From contig CAWACT010000010.1 of the NCBI GenBank assembly GCA_963780745.1, positions 49,318-113,317 of the forward strand: a stretch of DNA of 64,000 nucleotides. Reading direction: 5' to 3'. The position numbers were made by a program, and so were the translations under genes. This DNA comes from an uncultured Actinomycetes bacterium (GTDB lineage Bacteria > Actinomycetota > Acidimicrobiia > Spongiisociales > DATADW01). Numbering within the stretch: the first letter of the stretch is position 1; every line of letters starts with the position of its first letter. This document shows, piece by piece, positions 55,172 through 64,000 of this stretch. Under the pieces are notes generated by a model that was given only the letters and a program-made list of their open reading frames with translations, was not told the origin of the DNA and ran no database searches.

Positions 55172-55961
55172 CAGCGGGCCAGCCAAACCTGGAACTCGAG
55201 GATCCCGTGGTCCTCGACCGAGACCACGATCGGTGCCTGGGGTGTGGTGATCCCGTAGTCGGCGAACGAGATATCGGTGGACCCGGTGACCAGGATCGCC
55301 CCGTCCACCAGTTGAGCCTCCAGTGGGATCTCGACCGGATTGGTGGTGCCATTGACGGTGAGCTCGCCAACGGCGGTGACGCTCACCGGCTCTCCCGACG
55401 CTGCGCCCTCACCCAACTCCACGGGCTCGGTGAGGACGAAGGTGGCGTCGGGATTGGAACTCGTGGCGAGGGTCCGCTGGATGGCGCCCTCCCTCCGCTG
55501 CTGATCGCTGACGATCTCGGTGAGGTCGGCCACGATCTCGGCCGAGTCGAGTGTTGTTCCGCTGATGTCGATGCTCCCGGTCACCGCGGGAGTGCGGCCG
55601 ACGCGGTCGTCGAGCCGAGAGTGGTGAGAACCTCCTCGACCCGGAACCCGGCAAAGGTGGCTGTGGTCTCCTCGGTGACGCGGAAGTCCCCCAAACCGGT
55701 GTCCACCGTCCAGGTTCCCTCGATCCCGTCGACGCTTCCTGCAGCCTCCTCGGCCGACGTGTCGTCGACAGCCGAAGCCGTTTCCTCGAGATCAACCGCG
55801 TCCGGGGCGTCTCCGCTGAAGAACCAGATGACACCTCCAACCACTGGGGCCACCAGGAGGCCGAGCCCGATGGCGATAAGCAACCAAGTGGGCCGATTCG
55901 TCGGGTGGGGAGATGTGTCGGTCTCGACCACTTTGGGTTTCCTCTCTCTTGTTGGTGCCAT
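55171..55961 (-). pseudogene. YceI-like protein with N-terminal TM anchor, one frame break (~55600-55605)
   Basis: GTWTVDTGLGDFRVTEETTATFAGFRVEE (tail of ORF 55581..56840) joins VTGSIDISGTT... (ORF 55171..55584) if GG replaces G. Confidence 0.7.
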
Positions 55962-56087
55962 ATTGGCGGCGTCGTACTGGGCAGCGGCTGAGCCGAACCT
56001 GGGAATGCGCTGTGAGGGCACCCGCCCGTCGTCAGGAATAGTGTTCTCCCCCCGTGGATTCACGGCCTGACCCTGCGAAGGAGGAGG

Positions 56088-57410
56088 ATGGCTGCCGAGT
56101 TCTTTCCCGAGGTGAGTGAGCGGATCGGCCACGGTGGTGACGACGACCTCTCCTTCGCCGTGTATGACCCCGACCGACAGGTGATGGGGAAGCGGATGGA
56201 GGATCACCTCCGCCCCGCGGTGTGCTGGTGGCATTCGTTCAACTGGCCGGGGAGCGATGTGTTCGGTGTCGGCACCTTCGACCGGCCATGGCTCACACCC
56301 GGAGTCGACCCGATGGAGGCGGCGCGCCACAAGATGGACGCCGGATTCGAGTTCCTCGAGAAGCTGGGCGTGCCTTTCTTCTGCTTCCACGATGCGGACA
56401 TCGCGCCCGAGGGAGCGAGCTTCGCCGAATCGGCTCGCAACCTGGAGACGATGGTCGAGCTCGCCGAGAAGAAGATGTCGGAGACCGGGCTCCGCCTCCT
56501 CTGGGGCACCGCCAACCTCTTCTCGCACCCCAGGTACGCCGCCGGGGCGTCGACCAACCCCGATCCGGAAGTGTTCGCTTACGCGGCCGCCCAGGTGAAG
56601 CACGCCCTCGAGGTCACTCTCCGGCTCGGTGGGGCCAACTACGTCCTCTGGGGTGGACGCGAGGGCTACGACACCCTGCTCAACACCGACCTGCGAGCCG
56701 AGGGCGACCAACTGGCCCGATTCCTCACTCTGGTCGCCGAGCACAAGCACCGCATCGGGTTCGAGGGAACACTCCTCATCGAACCGAAGCCGGCCGAACC
56801 GACAAAGCACCAATACGACTACGACACCCAGACGGTGCACGGGTTCCTACAGCGCTTCGATCTCGCCGACGAGTACAGGGTCAACATCGAGGCCAACCAC
56901 GCCACCCTGGCCGGTCACAGCTTCCACCACGAGGTGGCTTACGCCGTGGGCCACGGAATCTTCGGCTCGATCGACGCCAACCGCGGAGACGCCCAGAACG
57001 GGTGGGACACCGACCAGTTCCCCAACTCGGTCGAGGAGTGGGCCCTCGTTCTCTACGAGATCCTCCAAGGCGGCGGGTTCACTACCGGCGGTCTAAATTT
57101 CGACACCAAGCTCCGTCGCCAATCGATCGACCGAAATGACCTCTTCCACGGCCACATCGGCGCCATCGACACCGTCGCCGCCGCCCTGATCGTCGCCGCC
57201 GACCTTGTCGAGTCCAAGTCGCTTTCCGATCCGCTGGCAGAGAGGTACGCCGGCTGGTCTGGTCCGCTGGGGCAAGCCATCCACCAAGGCACCGAGAGCC
57301 TCGAATCGCTGGAGGCCCGGGTGATGTCGGGTGAGATCGACCCGACCCCTGTCTCGGGGCAACAAGAGCTCCTGGAGAATCGGGTCAACCGGGCGATACG
57401 GTCCAGTTGA
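56088..57410 (+). CDS. xylA: Xylose isomerase (class II)
   Basis: AAGGAGGAGG before ATG; [29 protein letters not shown] motifs; intact. Confidence 0.95.
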   Translation: MAAEFFPEVSERIGHGGDDDLSFAVYDPDRQVMGKRMEDHLRPAVCWWHSFNWPGSDVFGVGTFDRPWLTPGVDPMEAARHKMDAGFEFLEKLGVPFFCFHDADIAPEGASFAESARNLETMVELAEKKMSETGLRLLWGTANLFSHPRYAAGASTNPDPEVFAYAAAQVKHALEVTLRLGGANYVLWGGREGYDTLLNTDLRAEGDQLARFLTLVAEHKHRIGFEGTLLIEPKPAEPTKHQYDYDTQTVHGFLQRFDLADEYRVNIEANHATLAGHSFHHEVAYAVGHGIFGSIDANRGDAQNGWDTDQFPNSVEEWALVLYEILQGGGFTTGGLNFDTKLRRQSIDRNDLFHGHIGAIDTVAAALIVAADLVESKSLSDPLAERYAGWSGPLGQAIHQGTESLESLEARVMSGEIDPTPVSGQQELLENRVNRAIRSS

Positions 57411-57426
57411 ACGGAAGTCTCGAGGC

Positions 57427-58915
57427 GTGAGCGTCGTCATCGGCGTCGACTGCTCGACCACGGCAACCAAGGCGGTGGCCGTGGACGGTGCGGGCACGGT
57501 TCTCGGTGTGGCCTCCGCCGAATACGGATACGAGACGCCCGCGCTCCCTATGGACCGAGCAAGACCCTGCGCTCTGGTGGGAGGGCACGGTGACCGCGAT
57601 CCGCCAGGTGCTCGAGGAGCACGATGTTGCTCCCAGTGACGTGGATGCAGTCGGGCTGACCGGTCAGATGCACGGCTCGGTCCTACTCGACGACGAGAGC
57701 CGGGTGGTGCGGCCGGCCATCTTGTGGAACGACCAGCGGACCGAGGCCGAGTGCGATGAGATCAGGCGACGTGTCGGCCTCGAGCGTCTCATCGAGGTCA
57801 CCGGTAACGACGCCCTCACCGGGTTCACGGCTCCCAAGTTGTTGTGGGTGCGAAACCACGAACCCGACCGGTGGCGGCGGGTGCGGCACGTCCTCCTCCC
57901 CAAGGACTACGTCAGGCTCAAGCTCACCGGCGACCACGCCATCGACGTCGCCGACGGGTCGGGGACGATCCTCTTCGACCTCGCCGCGCGGACCTGGTCG
58001 CCCGAGATCCTCGAAGCGCTTGATCTCGACCCGGGGTTGTTCCCCACGACCCACGAAGGCCCCGAGGTGACCGGGGTGCTGTCGGCGGCCGCAGCCGAGG
58101 CCACCGGGTTGTCAGCAGGGACGCCGGTGGTCGCCGGGGGCGGTGACCAGGCAGCCAACGCCGTCGGAGTCGGCGCCGTCGCCCCCGGCGTGGTCGCCCT
58201 CTCTCTGGGGACCTCCGGTGTTGTCTTCGCCACCACCGACGGGCCGGTGGTCGAGCCGCGGGGTCGAGTCCACGCCTTCTGTCACGCCGTCCCCGGGCGC
58301 TGGCACATGATGGGGGTGATGCTCTCGGCGGCGGGGAGCCTGCGCTGGCTGCGCGACGCCGTGGCCCCGGGTCGATCCTTTGACGACCTTGTGGATGGCG
58401 CCGCCGAGGTCCCCGCAGGCTCCGAGGGACTGATATTCCTCCCCTATCTCACCGGGGAGCGGACGCCCCACCCCGATCCGTCGGCGCGCGGCGCCTTCGT
58501 CGGTCTCACCGTGCGTCACGATCTGCGCCACCTCACTCGGGCGGTGCTCGAGGGGGTGGCCTATGGGTTGGCGGACGGTCTGGACGCCATGGTGGCGGCG
58601 GGCACGGAGCCACCCGACCAGATCAGAGCCTCTGGGGGTGGCATCCGCAGCGAGTTGTGGCGACAGATCCTCGCCGACGTCCTCGGCGCCGAGATCGCCA
58701 CGGTGCAGACCGACGAGGGCGCAGCGTACGGGGCAGCACTGCTCGCCGCGGTGGGTTCGGGGCATTTTGGGACCGTCGAGGAAGCGTGCGGCGCCACGAT
58801 CGGGGTCGATCCGGCGGCGGCGCCATCCGAACTCGTCGACCTCTATCGCGATGGCCACGCCCGTTACCGCGAGCTATATCCGGCGCTGGCACCCACTTTT
58901 CACCTGCTGGCGTAA
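57427..58915 (+). pseudogene. xylB: Xylulokinase, one frame break (~57536-57548)
   Basis: GTG 57427 VSVVIGVDCSTTATKAV (ORF 57331..57639) joins LWTEQDPALWW... (ORF 57488..58915). Confidence 0.8.
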
Positions 58916-58918
58916 CAG

Positions 58919-59770
58919 TCAGCCGTGTAGGTCGGCCAGCTCCGACTGGGTGACGTCTTGGGGGAGCTTGCCGATGATGATCATGCCGAGCACCTCGTCC
59001 ATGGTCACCTCGTCCTTGTTCACCGTGCCAACCAGCCTCCCGGTGAGCATGACGCTGATCCGGTCCGCCAGGTCGAAGACGTCGTGGATGTCGTGGCTGA
59101 TGAGGATGACCCCGATCCCCTCACGCTTCAGCTGGCGGATCAGGTCCATGACCTGCTCGGTCTCTGCGGGCCCCAATGCCGCCGTCGGCTCGTCCATGAT
59201 GAGGACGCGGGCGTTGAAGTGGACGGCACGGGCGATGGCGACCGACTGCCGCTGCCCACCGGAGAGCCATCCCACCGCCGACTTGAAGTTCTGAAACTTC
59301 GGGTTCAGCCGGGTGATGACCCTGCGGGTGGCGTCCTCCATCGCCGAGTCGTCGAGCGTTCCCCACCTGGTGGTCAGCTCACGGCCGAGGAAGACGTTGC
59401 CCGGGGCATCGATGTTGTCGGCCAGAGCAAGCGTCTGGTAGATGGTCTCCACCCCGTAGGCCTTGGCATCCCTCGGGCTGTGGATGGTGACCGGCTCGCC
59501 GTCGATCAGGATCTGGCCGGAGTCGGGCCGCTGCGCGCCGGACAAGGTCTTGATCAAGGTCGACTTACCGGCGCCGTTTCCTCCGACCAGAGCGTGGACC
59601 TCGCCGGGATAGAGCTCGATGCTGACGTCTTGGACGGCGTGGACGCCGCCGAAGCTCACGAACATATCCCTCATCTCGACCAGCGGCGTCAGGTCGCCAG
59701 CGGGACCGGGGGTCTGGTCCCCCATCGGAGAGTCCGGCAGAGGAGCAACGGGCTGGGGGGTATCGGTCAT
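58919..59770 (-). CDS. Sugar ABC transporter ATP-binding protein (single NBD)
   Basis: [26 protein letters not shown]; ATGA overlap with the permease stop. Confidence 0.85.
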   Translation of the reverse strand: MTDTPQPVAPLPDSPMGDQTPGPAGDLTPLVEMRDMFVSFGGVHAVQDVSIELYPGEVHALVGGNGAGKSTLIKTLSGAQRPDSGQILIDGEPVTIHSPRDAKAYGVETIYQTLALADNIDAPGNVFLGRELTTRWGTLDDSAMEDATRRVITRLNPKFQNFKSAVGWLSGGQRQSVAIARAVHFNARVLIMDEPTAALGPAETEQVMDLIRQLKREGIGVILISHDIHDVFDLADRISVMLTGRLVGTVNKDEVTMDEVLGMIIIGKLPQDVTQSELADLHG

Positions 59771-61086
59771 CGGGCCGCCCTCCTCCGATAGATCACGTCC
59801 ACCGCCACCGCCGCCACCAGGACGATCCCCACCACGATGTCCTGGAGCGGCGCATCGACACCGATCAACACCATGCCCGACTGGAGCGACTGCATGACCA
59901 GGGCTCCCAGTACAGCTCCCGGGATGGTCCCGATCCCACCCGCGAGCGAGGTCCCGCCGATGACTGCGGCGGCGATGACATACAGTTCGGTAAGGGTGCC
60001 GAGCGCGCTGGTTGCGGCGTTCTGTCGAGCGGTGGACACCACGGCAGCCACCCCGACCAGGATCCCCATCACCATGAAGGTCCTGACGATCGTCCGCTTG
60101 GTGTTGATACCGGCGAGCACTGACGCCTCCGGGTTACCGCCGATGGAGAACACGTAGCGCCCGAAGCGGAGCCGGTTGGCAACGAAGGTCATGATCAGCG
60201 TGACCCCGATAGCGATCAGGACCGGGTAGGCGATACCGAGTGGGATATTGAGCCCGCCTTCCGTGATGGGGATGCCCTGCTCCTCGGCCACCTGACGCGC
60301 CACGTTCTCGGGGAGGTAGTAGCTGTTGGTCACCCATACCGCACCCAGCACGAATGCTGAACCCAGTACACCCAAGGTCACGTCGGCCCACAACGGCCGC
60401 AGCCGGAAGCCATACCTCCTTCTTTGCCTCCTGCCGTGGGCGAGCATCAAGGCGATCCCTACGCAGGCGGCGATACCGATCACCCAGCTACCCAATTCAC
60501 CGATAGCTCCACGCGACCCGCCCCCGAGGACCTGGAATATCCGATCCATAGGAGCAATCGTTCGGCCGCTGGCCAGCGCCCAAGCCACGCCCCTCCAGAC
60601 AAGGAGCCCACCCAGGGTGACGATGAAGGAAGGCACCCCGACGTAGGCGACGATGACGCCCTGGAACGTTCCGATGAGACCCCCCATAACGAGGGCGGCC
60701 ACGACGGCGATGATCCAGGTGACCGGGTTGTCGAACCCGATCATCTCGGGAAGGATCTCGGCCTGGAGAAGAGCAATGGCGACCCCGACCGCTCCCAACA
60801 TCGATCCCACCGAGAGGTCGATGTTGCGGGACACGATGATCAGAGTCATCCCCGTTGCCAGGATGGCAACCGAGGCTGTTTGGACCGAGAGATTCCACAG
60901 ATTCCGCGGAGTCAGGAACGTCCCGCCCGACATGAAGTGGAATATCGTCCAGATGACAGCCAGCGCCACCAGCATCGCCAGCATCCGGGTGTCGACCTCG
61001 GTGGCGCGTATCAATCCACCCAGCGTTCGCCGGGGCGTCTCCTCCTGTTGCTCCTGTTCGGAGGGGGGAGCTTCGGTAACGCTCAT
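59767..61086 (-). CDS. Sugar (xylose-type) ABC transporter permease
   Basis: About 12 TM segments; XylH-like length with a central cytoplasmic insert. Confidence 0.8.
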   Translation of the reverse strand: MSVTEAPPSEQEQQEETPRRTLGGLIRATEVDTRMLAMLVALAVIWTIFHFMSGGTFLTPRNLWNLSVQTASVAILATGMTLIIVSRNIDLSVGSMLGAVGVAIALLQAEILPEMIGFDNPVTWIIAVVAALVMGGLIGTFQGVIVAYVGVPSFIVTLGGLLVWRGVAWALASGRTIAPMDRIFQVLGGGSRGAIGELGSWVIGIAACVGIALMLAHGRRQRRRYGFRLRPLWADVTLGVLGSAFVLGAVWVTNSYYLPENVARQVAEEQGIPITEGGLNIPLGIAYPVLIAIGVTLIMTFVANRLRFGRYVFSIGGNPEASVLAGINTKRTIVRTFMVMGILVGVAAVVSTARQNAATSALGTLTELYVIAAAVIGGTSLAGGIGTIPGAVLGALVMQSLQSGMVLIGVDAPLQDIVVGIVLVAAVAVDVIYRRRAAR

Positions 61087-61108
61087 ATGGTCACCGCTAT
61101 CAGAGTAG

Positions 61109-61149
61109 GCACCGCGTCCGTCCCGGGTCTGCCGGGATGGACGCGGTGC
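61109..61149 (-). other. Intercistronic hairpin, 18-bp stem (one G-T pair), 5-nt loop
   Basis: GCACCGCGTCCGTCCCGG gtctg CCGGGATGGACGCGGTGC read directly. Confidence 0.8.
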
Positions 61150-61172
61150 GCCTGATCAGTGTTGTTCGGCTG

Positions 61173-62372
61173 TTACGGGCAAGCCGCCACGCTGCCTGCC
61201 TCGACTCCCTGACAGACCTCTTCTGCAGTGATCCAGCCTTCGTCGATTGGCACGTTCAGGTTCTCCTGCGTGATGGGGAGCGGCGTCAGAATGATCGACG
61301 CCACATCCACGCCACCCGGGGTGGTAAAGGACTGGGTTTCCACTCCCGCGGCCGGCGCCGAGTCTCCGAGGTCGTCTGGTGCGACGACTTCGGTCATCTC
61401 GGCTCCCTCAGTCGCATTGAGCTCAATCAACTGGAGAGCCACCTCGGCGGCCGTCTGACCCAAAGCGAAGGCGTTCTTCCATACCGAGACCGACTGGGTG
61501 CCCAGTGCCACCCGGTTGAGGGCGGCGGGGTCGCCGTCCTGACCGGATACCGGGACCTCGCCGGCAAGGCCCTGCGCCTCGAGTGCGGCAACCACGCCAC
61601 CGGCCATGCCGTCGTTGGACGCCACCACCGCCTGGACGTTGTTGTCGTTCTGGGTGAGGAAGTTCTCCATGTTCTCCTGGGCGATCTCCGGATCCCAGTT
61701 GTCCGTGTAGGACTCACCGACATTGACGATGGCGCAAGGGTCGGCGAGCTCTTCGCAGCCGGTCGCTTCGGTGAGGACCTCCATCTGCCCACCGAACAGG
61801 AAGTCGGCGTTGGCGTCAGCCTGGTTGCCCTTGATGAAGATGTAGTTCCCCTCGGGGACCAGCTCGTAGATGGCCCGTGCCTGCATCCTGCCCACCTCGA
61901 CGTTGTCAAAGGTGATGTAGAAGACACCCGGATCCTCGATCAGCCGGTCATAGGCGATCACGGGAATTCCTTGCTCCAGCGCGCTCTGCACCGCGGGCAG
62001 GATGGCGGTTCCATCCTGTGCCAGGAGGATCAGGGCATCGACTCCCTGGCTGATCAGGTTCTCCACGTCGGCAAGCTGCTGCTCGGCCGAAGAGCCGGCA
62101 TCGGTCTCGAGGTATGCCGCTCCGGCCTCCTCGAGCACGGCTTGGATGGCGGGCTTGTCGGCGTTGGCCCAGCGCGGCTCGTTGAAGTTGTTCCAGGCGA
62201 CTCCGACGGTGATATCGCCTTCGGCACCTGCCGCTGCGGTGGTATCGGATCCTCCTGCCGCCGTGGTGTCGGTCCCTCCAGCAGCGGTGGTGTCGGCGGT
62301 GCTACCACCGCACGCCGCGACCAGTAACGCGATGACCGCCAGACATGCCAACAGGCGTGTATTCCTGTTCAA
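61173..62372 (-). CDS. Sugar (xylose-type) ABC substrate-binding lipoprotein
   Basis: AGGAGG before TTG 62372; lipobox LLVAACGG, DTTAAGG linker, periplasmic-binding-protein type I fold motifs. Confidence 0.85.
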   Translation of the reverse strand: MNRNTRLLACLAVIALLVAACGGSTADTTAAGGTDTTAAGGSDTTAAAGAEGDITVGVAWNNFNEPRWANADKPAIQAVLEEAGAAYLETDAGSSAEQQLADVENLISQGVDALILLAQDGTAILPAVQSALEQGIPVIAYDRLIEDPGVFYITFDNVEVGRMQARAIYELVPEGNYIFIKGNQADANADFLFGGQMEVLTEATGCEELADPCAIVNVGESYTDNWDPEIAQENMENFLTQNDNNVQAVVASNDGMAGGVVAALEAQGLAGEVPVSGQDGDPAALNRVALGTQSVSVWKNAFALGQTAAEVALQLIELNATEGAEMTEVVAPDDLGDSAPAAGVETQSFTTPGGVDVASIILTPLPITQENLNVPIDEGWITAEEVCQGVEAGSVAACP

Positions 62373-62579
62373 GTCGACCTCCTAAACAAGCGCCCCGTTA
62401 TGGGGACGGTTTCACTCGGTTGCCGGCGAAACCGGCGGAGAGACACTAGGCGCGTCAACATCCATGATGCCGGTTCGAACTGGCCCCCGGACGAGGATAC
62501 GTGGATATGTTCGGCGTCGCAACAAACATCGACTCCTGTCCGCTCTGTTAGCGCAGCGAGATTGCCTCGTTCGCTGTGG

Positions 62580-62607
62580 TTGCCAGTTGTGGGCTTGCCT
62601 ATATAGT
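62580..62607 (+). promoter_or_regulatory. Near-consensus promoter TTGCCA-16nt-TATAGT upstream of the ROK gene
   Basis: Read directly. Confidence 0.5.
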
Positions 62608-62630
62608 GATTTCCCCAACAAATAGGGACC

Positions 62631-63884
62631 TTGGACAGCCGTAACACACCCGCCCCGCGCCTCGGGATGGCCGCCGACGAGTTGCGCAGGCACAACCTGG
62701 CTGCCGTGTTGGAGCGGGTGCACCTCTCCGGCCCGCTGTCGCGCTCCGACCTGACCGTCACCACCGGGCTCAACCGCTCGACCATCGCCGATCTCGTCGG
62801 CGAGTTGTCCTCGCTCGGCTTGGTAGAGGAGCATCCCGCGGCCAGGGCGGCAGGGCCGGGGCGGCCCTCACCTCTGGTCGGCGCCCGGCCCGAATCGGCC
62901 GCGGTGCTCGCCCTCGAACTCTCGGTCGACTCCATCGCCGTAGCCACCGCCGGACTGGGAGGGCATCTCTACAACAAGCTGCGCGTGGCCCGACCCCGCG
63001 AGCGGTTCTCGCCGCGGGAGACCGTCCAAGACCTGGCCAAGCTCGCCGAGCCACTGCTGGCCTCGCTCCCTTCCGGTCACAACCTCGCCGGGGTCGGGGC
63101 GGCCGTAGCGGGGGTGGTGCGGCGCTCCGATGGCTTCGTCCATCTGGCGCCCAACCTGGGCTGGCACAACGTGCCGCTCGGCTCGATGCTGGGCTCAGAG
63201 CTCGGCGTGTCGGAGCGCGTGTCGGTGGCCAACGAAGCTGATCTGGGCGCCCTCGCCGAGCATCGCAGGGGTGTCGGGGTCGGGGTTGGTCACCTCATCT
63301 ACCTGTCGGGAGAGGTGGGAATCGGCGCCGGGATCATCTACGACGGCAAGCCGATGCTTGGGTCCGCCGGCTACGCCGGCGAGGTCGGGCACACGCTGAT
63401 AAACCCCGCCGGGCGACGGTGCCGGTGCGGAGCAACCGGGTGCTGGGAGACCGAGGCGGGGGAAATGGCGCTGGCCCGCGCCGCCCGGCTTCCGGCCAGC
63501 ATCACCGGGCTCGATGTCGTAAGGACAGTCCGCGACAGGGCGGAGGCAGGAGACCAGCGGACGCTCTCCGGGATAGCTGAGATCGGGCGCTGGCTGGGGT
63601 TGGGAATCGGCAGCCTGATCAACACCTTCAACCCCGAGTTGATCGTGCTCGGTGGCATCTACCACGCCCTCTTCCCCTACGTCCGTCCGTCGGTCCTCGA
63701 AGGGGCCGCCCTCGTGAGGCTCGATGCGCCGGCGGAGATGGTCGAGGTGACCCGCAGCGGGCTCGGGCCCGACGCACCATTGATAGGCGCAGCCGAGCTG
63801 GCTTTGTCGGCGGTGGTGACCGACCCGGCGAGCACTGCCGGGCACAGCGTCCTTTCCGCCCCCACCGTGGGGGGCGGGGGCTGA
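62631..63884 (+). CDS. ROK family transcriptional regulator (XylR-like)
   Basis: N-terminal wHTH LSRSDLTVTTGLNRSTIADLVGEL; ROK Zn motif GHTLINPAGRRCRCGATGCWE; start TTG 62631 or ATG 62667. Confidence 0.85.
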   Translation: MDSRNTPAPRLGMAADELRRHNLAAVLERVHLSGPLSRSDLTVTTGLNRSTIADLVGELSSLGLVEEHPAARAAGPGRPSPLVGARPESAAVLALELSVDSIAVATAGLGGHLYNKLRVARPRERFSPRETVQDLAKLAEPLLASLPSGHNLAGVGAAVAGVVRRSDGFVHLAPNLGWHNVPLGSMLGSELGVSERVSVANEADLGALAEHRRGVGVGVGHLIYLSGEVGIGAGIIYDGKPMLGSAGYAGEVGHTLINPAGRRCRCGATGCWETEAGEMALARAARLPASITGLDVVRTVRDRAEAGDQRTLSGIAEIGRWLGLGIGSLINTFNPELIVLGGIYHALFPYVRPSVLEGAALVRLDAPAEMVEVTRSGLGPDAPLIGAAELALSAVVTDPASTAGHSVLSAPTVGGGG

Positions 63885-63895
63885 GCGTGCCGTCA

Positions 63896-64000
63896 GCCGG
63901 ACCCCTCGGCGTCGGCCAGGATCCGCTCCATCACCTCGAGGTTGGCGATGGAGTCGGTAGGAGGAGTCGGCACCGGGGTTCCCTCCCTGATAGCGCGGGA
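63896..64000 (-). CDS. 3' end of an unidentified CDS (rest outside window)
   Basis: Open frame to window edge, ends ...IANLEVMERILADAEGSG-TGA; no family recognisable. Confidence 0.3.

Noticed and set aside
55962-56840. Upstream part of 419-aa minus ORF 55581..56840
   Set aside because: It is antisense to the intact xylA gene. Only the last ~125 codons (the YceI N-terminus from ATG 55961) look genuine.
61137-62327. 396-aa plus-strand ORF
   Set aside because: It is antisense to the xylose-type binding-protein gene, which has a lipobox, an SD and family motifs.
1-64000. Prophage, ICE or genomic-island boundaries
   Set aside because: No integrase, transposase, tRNA attachment site or phage or conjugation genes are recognisable. 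The lower-GC stretches are short intergenic spacers only.

Overview
High-GC, densely coding chromosomal segment of Actinomycetota type (class E sortase, F420-type LLM oxidoreductase, SARP/AfsR-type regulator, actinobacterial rhamnose genes). I recognised no rRNA, tRNA, CRISPR array, transposase or integrase. Gene content in order: (1) the tail of an ABC importer. (2) An orphan paaC-paaD-paaE set with a TetR gene, behind a promoter whose spacer is a perfect 18-bp palindrome. (3) An MFS transporter fused to a cNMP-binding domain, a TlpA-like redoxin, a class E sortase, a crotonase, a DUF5317-like protein and GGT. (4) A TPR-adenylate cyclase, a histidine phosphatase, an LLM oxidoreductase, an ASCH/wHTH protein and an NCS1-like permease. 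(5) A LysMx4-M23 peptidase, DUF885, an APH-like kinase, a HisA-like protein, a CPA2 antiporter and a CrtI-like oxidase. (6) A small membrane protein, an OmpR/HK two-component system and a HAL-type ammonia-lyase. (7) DoxX and a nitroreductase. (8) A ~1271-codon AfsR-like SARP/NB-ARC/TPR/HTH regulator followed by a signal-peptide mini-ORF. (9) A ~27-kb catabolic block: the L-rhamnose operon, pobA, pcaCHGIJBD, a Tat-signal dioxygenase with YceI, xylAB, a xylose-type ABC importer and a ROK regulator. Three cross-cutting signals stand out. First, a mosaic family of GC-hairpin, G-quadruplex-motif and heptad-array repeats occupies five intergenic loci. Second, there are about 20 or more reading-frame breaks, mostly +/-1 in short G/C or T runs, and about 14 of them lie within 43.8-50.6 kb. 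These are more likely assembly indels than real decay. Third, the AfsR-like regulator plus adjacent secreted-peptide ORF is the best candidate for an undescribed system, but the indel problem applies to it too.
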